From Geosiphon pyriformis uo1 (taxonomy: Eukaryota; Fungi; Glomeromycota): a stretch of DNA of 64,000 bases. The stretch lies in the NCBI GenBank assembly GCA_016748015.1, contig JAAOMT010000699.1, positions 62,001-126,000 of the forward strand, written 5' to 3'. A program made the position numbers and the translations under genes. Positions 55,563 to 64,000 of the stretch are shown here, piece by piece. How positions within the stretch are numbered: the first letter of the stretch is position 1; every line of letters starts with the position of its first letter. The notes beneath the pieces were generated by a model. The model was not told the DNA's origin. It did no database searches and worked only from the letters and a program-made list of their open reading frames with translations.

Positions 55563-56468
55563 ATGGGTGTAACGTGGTAAGTAATAGGCCTTTGAGCCTC
55601 GCTCACCCTTGTCCTTAAACTCACAAGCTCTTCCCTTCTAATAAAGGGTTATGCGTTGGCAAGACGCACTTGGCCCTGCTTCAATTGCTGTGCTCAATGA
55701 CAAATTGGCAATAGAATTCGGTACTCGTGTAGCAAAGGAGCAATATTTTTTACAATGTAAAATGTATCGTGATAATAACATGCAGCTACTAGCCAATACT
55801 GGCGAAGCGGCCCCACCAAAATTCATGTATACCATCGGAACTCGTCACGGACCACACTTGTTCTATACGTTGGTCGACGACATAATTGTGGAGAGTGAAC
55901 GCGAGACCGAGATGATTTTAACAAAGTTAAAGAATTTGTGGGGGCTGCGTCAGGTTGCACTAATTGAGGTAATAATGAGACTAAAGAGGATGAGTAAGTT
56001 ATGAATGGCAAAACTCTATTCGAATCACTAGTTTCAGAGTTCAAAGGAGATTTTTCTCAAGGGCTATACCTACCCAGTTGGGGACTTTATTGTTCGCCTT
56101 GGAAATCTGAATGTTAGTGCCGCTTACAAGGGGATGATGATAGAGGTAAGTCCTATTTGAATATATTTCCTCTGGTTATAATCTATAGGTTTTCGACCTC
56201 ATGTTTTCAAAGCTAATGAAATGGGTTGAATCAACCTTCATCCCAGATTGAATATCTTCCATCTTCACACCCTTACACCGCTGCACCTATACTTCAAGAA
56301 TTTAAAGACATGCTTGTCCCAGATGATGCTTCGATAGCCCAGTGGATACCTGGTGCAGTTAATGTTGATGACACATTCGCAAAAGTTGGTTTATCTGAGG
56401 AGTTATATACGACTGCTCATACCATGTATCAGCATATGCAACTTTTTAAAATGGATAATGTGCTGTGA
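55563..56468 (+). CDS. MED20: Mediator subunit 20
   Basis: MGVTW start, GYTYPVGDFIVRLG and GMMIEIEYLP. Four exons. Confidence 0.85.
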
Positions 56469-56997
56469 ATTTCGGTAAAGATAATAATGCGTTCGAGACA
56501 TCAAACACGATAGATCATTACACCTAATAATAGGTAAGAATTTCGTAAGTTTTGCATACTCAATATGATGGCATCTGAATTCTCGATGTTAATTGCTAGT
56601 CAAATATTTTAGTCAATCACATTTAAATTTCGGGAAAAGAGGTGGTTTTTAAAAATAAAAATATTGAATCGAATTTATTGATTTGAAATTTAAAAAGAAA
56701 GACAGGTATGTTTAAAGGCTGAAAAGTAAGTTAACACCTATTATTAACATTAAGAATTAGAAAACTAATATCAACTTCTCAAAGTTGTTGGTAAAGATAT
56801 ATTAATTATAGTTTTATTTACATATTAAAAAATTAAAATTTAGAACACTATTGTTTAAAAATTACAGTATTAAAATATTCAATAGATTTGATAAAAACCA
56901 ATTATTTTAATATGTGTACACTATTCAATATATAAAAAACAATAATAAAAATACTCATATCTTGCGGCGTAAAATAACATAGTATCCAGTTTCTGTT

Positions 56998-58285
56998 ATG
57001 TGGCCTGCAAGAGCACCTTTCAAAGTCACCGCCGGGATTCCTCTTAAACAGCAGTGGCAGGGTCAAACATTTCTATATATTATAAAGCGTGTTAATAAAA
57101 ATCACTCCTTCATTGGGATTACACAAAACTTGGAGGTTGCTTTCGTTACAGAAAATCAATTCTTTTGCTTTTTTTTAATTCCCGGGCCAGAACTGACTCT
57201 ACAAAATCAATGTGATTTAATTCCCTCGTTATTCTCCTCACTTTTTCTGAATCTTAACATTTCAGCATGAACTAGCTCGTTTTAAGGGAGAAATAACTAC
57301 TCCAGGTGCACCGAAAATGCTTGGAGGAAAAATGGAACCCATTATGGCCCTAACTGGCTGGGCAAATCTTCCTGAAGCACACAGTTTTAAACACCTAACC
57401 TTTCTCAATTTTTATTTTAATCGTTACGAATCAATTTTCAAAATAATTCGTCCCCAACTATCAAAGATTATTCCAAACTTCGACCATTCATTTTTGTATT
57501 GGGGGAAAACTCCGAAACATAATCATGGACCTGGTGGTGGCTATGGTGATGTAGCTAACGGACAACTACCGGTGCCATCACCTGAAATCAGAAAATTTGT
57601 CTTCACAAGTGGAGTGATACGACGTATACTCGCCGTTAAAGAGACTTTTTTGCGGGATGAGTTTGATGAGGATAAAAAATTTTATCAAAATAATGAGGAA
57701 TATCAGGAATGGCTCCAAAGAGTGTTCAGGAGGAAGGCAAAAAAGCAGCGCAATCAAGAGAGGGAGATGGAAAGGAAAATGGACTTGTATGGGGGAGGGA
57801 TTCTCCCGAAGCCTTACATAGCTAAGACCTTGCTTGAGCAGGGAGACAAGGATCAAGATGATGAACTGTTGGAAGATTACATACCTGGCAAATTCGAGAA
57901 TCGGAAAAATGTTACTAAAATTTCTTTGAAGTCGCGCTTTCCCCGAGAAATTCTGCAACCACAATCATGGCGTACCTCTAGAAACTGGTGTGTTTATTGG
58001 ACTCCAAAAATTATGGAATATCCAGAGTTATTCGAATTGATGACTAAGGATTGGCGATCCGTGTGTTTTACTGGTGGGAATTCTCTCTCGATAAAACACC
58101 GTATATTAAATATTGATTCTATATCGGCAGTGAAACCTCAGAAAAAAAAGTTTTCTTCTCCAAGCAATTATGAACTTTCAAAATTTGCAGTATCAAACCA
58201 AAGCAAGTTTAAAGCGAATAGAGTGAAATATGATATACCACCGGGTTATTGGAGTGATGATGACGGTGAAGAGGATGATGATTGA
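56998..58285 (+). CDS. Hypothetical protein with degenerate SLX1-like GIY-YIG N-terminal domain
   Basis: An intron at 57136-57265 (phase 0) joins FLYIIK..SFIGITQNLE|HELARFKGE..GAP..MEPIMALTGW..EAHSFKH. Acidic C-terminus. Confidence 0.65.
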
Positions 58286-58996
58286 AGTCAAATATGATAA
58301 ATGCCAGCATTATATCACATTTCCAACAAAGAAAATTGGATGAGTCGTATTTTATCAAGGGAAAAACACAGGAATCATTTTCGTTTACATGTCGTAATAA
58401 AGCGACCAAAAAGTAATTTTTCTCAATATTCAGCTTTCAATTATTATTTTTACTTTCTTTTCATTCTGTTTATTTCTAAAATGATTCTTGAATTTTAGTT
58501 TTGAAACCCAAAAAAGATAAAATGTAAGAATGGCAACAGGCAACGATATGAAATAAAGATGTGATTTGAGGATAATATTTGTCGTGTTCAAATATAAAGA
58601 AAACAATTTGTTATTGATGGCTCAAAGGGGAATCTGAGAACCAACTTTAAAGATGAGTGACACAAAAGGAGTGCAAAGGGAATTTAGTCGTCAAGACTTA
58701 GTTCTATTTAGATTTACGTTAAGCGGATGATGAAGAGCCAAAATTTTAAAGTAAATTGATAAAATGACGCGACTGATAAGGCGATGAAAAAAAAGAGTCA
58801 ACTCCCGCCCCGGCGGGATCTTATCTAATCACAACAAAAAGAAAAGATAATCATAAAGGAAATCAAACTAGGCAAGAATTGCAATCAATGATGGCACTCA
58901 TACACCCCCACCCAAAAAATAAATATTAGGTAAAAGATTATATTGTTGAAAGAGGAAGGGGATCTAAATAGGCCAGAGCATAGGTTTAATTATATT

Positions 58997-60123
58997 TTAC
59001 CTGTTACGACCGTTGGCCTCTTTTAACTCCATTATTTCAATCAATTCTTCCAAAGGCCCCATCTCTTTCTTGTCCAACAAAGCAAATTCCTTGGCAAACG
59101 AGATAAAATGGGCAAACAAGGAATTAAAATGACCTTCCTCGCGAAGATGCAAGACTTTATCATAGTGATTGTGGTAGATGTGAGCAAATACTCTAAATGA
59201 TTGTTTAAATATCGATTTAACAGTTTGTTTAAATTCAGGTGGGAATTCTCGTCCTTTTAATTATGAAAGAGAAAGAAAAATTAGGTATCTGTATTCAATA
59301 CATCCCAATGAAAAAATTAAAAAAACCCACCAGCTTTTGTGGGGAAGGTAGACTCGTCATTCAATAAGTTTTGAATCCAAGTCATTACATAATCTATATA
59401 TGTGGGTGCAGGAAGTTTTGTGCTCTTCCTGGTATGATCTATCCAAGAAAACTCAACACTGGTTGATCAAGACACGAAAAAGATATGATAAATAATGTTT
59501 AATACCGTTTGAAAGGGAAACAAACAGATTCGTATTTAGCCTCACCCAGGTCCAGCGCACATAGAAGGGCAACTAGAGGAGGTACAAAAATCCGTTATAG
59601 ATCCATAAAAGAGATTGAGGTAAGTAAAGAATTCAAAAACTAACACAAAAATGAAAAATGAAAAATAAAAAGTAAATGTTAATCATCAAATTATGTATTT
59701 TTTTGTAATAAAATCATTGTAGGTTAATTATAAAGATCATACCGTTGACTGCCAGCCACTCGTCTTCGTCAACGTACTTTGGTAACATAACAATAGGTTT
59801 AAAACTGCCTTTCACAAAAGACGCATTGACGAAGGGTTGGGAAAGGAACAAAGGACGCAAGGAAGTTGCCTTAGCACTGCCTCGCGATTTCGTTCTATAA
59901 AGTTTTCTAGAGAAACAAAAATTTATGTGAAGCATTTAGCGAGAGAGCGACACCTGAAGTTAAAGGGGCTCATGTTCTGTTTTCGAGGTTGTAGCTAATA
60001 CTCGAGCATGATCTATGAACGTTTCATTGCTAGATGAACGGAGAAAAAAAGCCAGTTTTGTATTGCAAGTAACCAAATAATACAAGTACATAAATACCCT
60101 TCAACGTTCCGTAAAAAATTCAT
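58997..60123 (-). CDS. MOB2: CBK1/NDR kinase activator Mob2
   Basis: FVKGSFKPIVMLPKYVDEDEWLAVN, LPAPTYID and EGHFNSLFAHF. The first exon is either MNFLRNVEG (60123) or MSPFNFR (59973). Confidence 0.9.
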
Positions 60124-60779
60124 GCTTATAAGTATTTTGTTTGTAACCAAAGAAGAATTATTTTATGCCTTTAAAAGCAATATTTCGGAAGAAAATATAT
60201 AGTAAAATGAAAAAGAGAGAAACAAGGAGGCGCTAAATTTATAGTACCAACTCGAGGAAATTTTCAAGACATTCTAAGATTATTTATTGGTTACTATTAA
60301 GAACTTGGTGGTAGTTACGTGCATCCCGCCTTTATGGTCAACGCATATAAACCTAAACTAGGGTTCCAGTTTTGGGATCAATCAAACATTGGATGATAAA
60401 AATCAATATCAGATATATACTATAAAAATAAAAGCTTTTATTTATGAAAAAACAAACCATTATTTGTTAATTGTATAATTAATTTGAAAAGCCAAAAGCA
60501 TTTATTTTAAGCAAAGCTGTTTTTACACTGTCTGAATTTAAGAATTTGGATTTATTTAGCCAAAAAAATCTTTTAATAATATAAATAATAGTAATATAAA
60601 AAAAAAAGCATTAAAATACATTTTTAAGTATTAATAACACGTTTTATGAAAAAGACTAAAATGTAAAATATGTAAAAAAACCACGAAATTGAGTAATATA
60701 ATAAAATTAATAAAAAAAAATGATTTAAAAATATATATATATATAATTAAAATATTAATAATATTAAAAAAGTAAGTTT

Positions 60780-60921
60780 TATTAATTTATTTAATATGAT
60801 TTTTTTTAATACTATAATAAAGTATAGTTCAATTACTATCTAATACAATATAACCATAAAATATTTCAAATTAAATGTGACTCATGTGTTTTTTTACATG
60901 TGGCTAGCCATTTAAGTCAGC
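60780..60921 (-). mobile_element. Short 3'-end fragment / SINE-like copy of the LINE-associated 3' UTR
   Basis: ccacatgtaaaaaaacacatgagtcacatttaatttg matches the 3' UTRs at 61675-61725 and 24780-24830. Confidence 0.65.
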
Positions 60922-61589
60922 AAAAATTAAATTAAATTAAATCTATAAAAATGAATTTACTTGATTAAATTATTTTTTTATTACCAAAAAACAAGCCAGC
61001 TAATTATATAGCAGTTTTATTGTATTAGATTTAATATTAAGATTTTGAAACTTTTAAAGTATTATTTATTTTATAAAGATTTTCTTATTTACAAAAGAAT
61101 TTAAGTTTTTATAAATTATATTATTATTATTTACACTATATTTTACTTTAAAATCTACTATTTTTTTCTTTAAATTACTAATAATTTTTTTAATAATGGC
61201 AATATTTTTTTTAATTACCAAAAATTTTATTTTATTTTAGCATTTAAAAAAAAGCACCAATTAAATTTATAATTAAAAAAGCCAAAATATTAATAAATTT
61301 AATAATAAACTTAGTTAACAAAACCAATTTAACTAATTTAAATTTTATAAAAGTTAATATAGAGTTAATTATATAATTAATAATTACAATAACAACAAAA
61401 AAAATAAAAAAACAGCAGATTTAACATAAAAGCTTATATTAATAAAACAAAACTTAAATACTTTAAAGTTAATTATTAATATTTAGGAATTTTTTATTAA
61501 ATATAATTGTTTTTAATATTAGTATTAAATAAAATTTAAGTTATTAATTAATATAAAATATTTTTATAATTTTTATTAATTAATATATT

Positions 61590-64000
61590 TTTATTATTAT
61601 TATTTTTTTTTATTAGAGTTTAATAAACAAGGCCCAACTATTATCTAATACAATATAACCACATAGAGTCTTAAATTAGATATGACTCATGTGTTTTCTA
61701 CATATAATCAGCTACTCAAACCAGTTCAGGCTATACTACATTGATGCACTAGAAAAAAACTTACTCAAAGATGACATCTTTTGAATGACAAGAAACAAAG
61801 TCATACTGCAAAAAACCAATCCAACCAGCCATTCAGCTGTTTTTAAGGCATCAGTCTTAATATCAATAGCCTTATGTTCCCAAAAAAACATCAAGTTAGA
61901 AAACACTTCATTATCCAAACCAACTGGGTGTTTTAAATCACCAAACATATCAATATCCTCTATGCAGTACTCTTTTTTTAAAGAAACCACTTTTTTTTCC
62001 AACTTACCAACAACTTTACTAAAAGAATCCAAATATACCATAACTTTATTGATCTTAAGGCCAAGTTTACTGCTTAAAACCAAATTTTTATTAATAAATT
62101 GTTCAAACAATTTGACCAAAAAACCAATTGGTTTTACAATAAACTCAACCAAAACAGAAAGCTTGACCAAATCAGACTTCACAGAAGCCAACCAAGAAGA
62201 CATTATGAGATTACCAACAATCATAAAAGGAGAAATAGAAGCTGTCAGAGGAGGAAACTCAAAAGAATTCAAGGAAGCAGAGGCTTTTGTGTAAGAAACA
62301 CCACTCACAAAATGTGTTTTAAACACCTTGAGAGCCTTGAGAAGAGGAGGTAGAAAAACTTTGCAGTCTATAGCCAAATGACCTACTTTTTAACACCTAA
62401 AACAGTGCTGACAACCAAAAGTTTCCCACCAAATATGGCATTTTCTTAAGATACCAGTTTTGACAACTGCAGAATCCAAATCAACTTGAAAACCAAATAT
62501 AATTAGAACAAACTGGGAACAATAACCAGAATCAAGCAAACAAGGAATGAAACAAGTTTAGCCACCAACTTGGAAAATCATATCACTAATCTCAAAGGCA
62601 ATACAACCAGAAAAAAGATTGACCAACTTGGTTTTAAACTGATTACAAAACAAAATTGTTTTATTTTGATTGATAAGAAGAAGAATATAAACACTATTTT
62701 TGCTTACCAAAATTAACCAGTGAGTAAGAGCAGAGACAATAGTATTCAATTCTATAAAATAAACAATCACATATTGCCAAACACCAGCAGGCTTCAGCAT
62801 GACATGAGAAACTTCACCAAAAACCCCAAGAGCTGACTTAATATCAGCAGCAAACATATTCAAAGACATATTACACAATACAACAGCAGCAGAAGAAAAA
62901 CCAGACTCAAAAACCACTAAGGACTTGGTAATTTTAAGAGTGCTAAGGCAAACAGAGCTTGTAAGCTCAACCAAAAATGCAGCATCCAGAGAATTTTGGA
63001 AGACAAACTCAACACAGAAGAGTTTCACATTGTCCTTAAAAACAGATTTTGCACCTAAAAAACCATATATAGACTGAAAAACAGTCTTAACATAAGCCAA
63101 TTTGATCTTGAAAGTAGCACCAAGCACCAAAGTGAAGACCACTTATCCAGCAAACTTTTAATGACTAATAATAGTTTCCCAAGTACTATTAATAGCAGCA
63201 TTAGAAACCAGAGGAGAAGATAATTCAGTTTTCATCTGGTCAGCCCAGTTTTTAAGAACAGGTAACCCAACAGAAAAAAATTGCTTTGCTTCTAAAACCA
63301 GCAATAATCTGCTGGAAGACACTACATTTGGCAATACAGCCAGTGATTGATCTTAGTCCATCTTGGATAATATGCTGAATAATACTATGAAGATTTTATC
63401 TAAGATCTTATTGGAAACCACAAAGAGGTTTAGTGTAACAATAGCAGAGGCAAGTGACTGTCCCCACTTTTTTAAACTTTTGGTTTTTTTGACTATTTTT
63501 TTTGAAAAGAAAATACTAGCAGCACTAAATGTTAAAGCTATAGAGAGGAACACCAGCTTGTTAACTAGTCTATTATTAAACACTTTTGGGTTCTTAATAG
63601 AAGTGAAGACAACACTAGAACTAACCCAAGTGTGTCTCTATAAAGAACTTTGACTGGTAAAAAACCAGCCAAAAATGAGGAAGTTGCTTTAGTAGCCACC
63701 AAAGACAGCTTTTTATGATTACTGGATAAAAGAAAGGCTTCTAAAACGTTCTGCCTAGTTACTTCTACTACAAAAAGAGCTCTTTTGGTTGAAATTTTAT
63801 TAGATATCTCAAGAAAAATATTAGATGCAGCTTTTTTACTCTTTGCTTTGGTTTTAGTGTTATCCAAGTAGAAAAACTGATTCAAAGTTATGAAGAAACA
63901 TGACCAAAATATGACATAACACAGAATAATGCACAATAACATTGAATAACATGTTATAACTTAAAATAATGCAGGATAACATATTATAACATAGGATAAC
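61590..64000 (-). mobile_element. ORF1-only non-autonomous non-LTR element (5' end runs off window)
   Basis: ORF1-like region with a CFRC*KVGHLAIDC knuckle. Its stop at 61736 is followed directly by a LINE-type 3' UTR and (TAA)n tail, with no ORF2. Confidence 0.75.
63911..64000. repeat. 10-bp period tandem array (NNNNNATAAC) x9+
   Basis: atgacataac acagaataat gcacaataac attgaataac atgttataac ttaaaataat gcaggataac atattataac ataggataac. Confidence 0.85.

Noticed and set aside
63911-64000. CRISPR-like array
   Set aside because: The units are 10 bp with no spacers, and the context is eukaryotic.

Overview
Intron-rich fungal genomic DNA. An early-diverging, probably Glomeromycota-like origin is inferred from short introns, an Integrator subunit, a U12 intron and the TE types. 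Two compact gene islands flank a ~36 kb extremely AT-rich nest of decayed retrotransposons, and a second TE block starts at ~60.4 kb. Island 1 (1-12 kb): TRR1, a TPT-family nucleotide-sugar transporter, GDP-mannose pyrophosphorylase (PSA1/MPG1), LCB1, KRR1 and an intronless cyclin. Island 2 (48.5-60.2 kb): INTS7, SmB, MED20, a degenerate SLX1/GIY-YIG-like gene and MOB2. The TE nest holds LINEs with APE-RT-RNaseH, dUTPase-bearing Ty3/gypsy elements and nested solo LTRs. Top observations: (1) a structured, potentially switchable RNA element with a cryptic poison exon in the long PSA1 intron; (2) a candidate poison exon in SmB intron 1; (3) an AT-AC U12 intron in INTS7; (4) RIP-like, context-biased C>T/G>A hypermutation of repeats; (5) an ORF1-only non-autonomous LINE partner sharing a 3' stem-loop; (6) a probable pseudo-nuclease; (7) frequent GC-AG introns. 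All gene models and RNA folds were derived by eye and are not validated.
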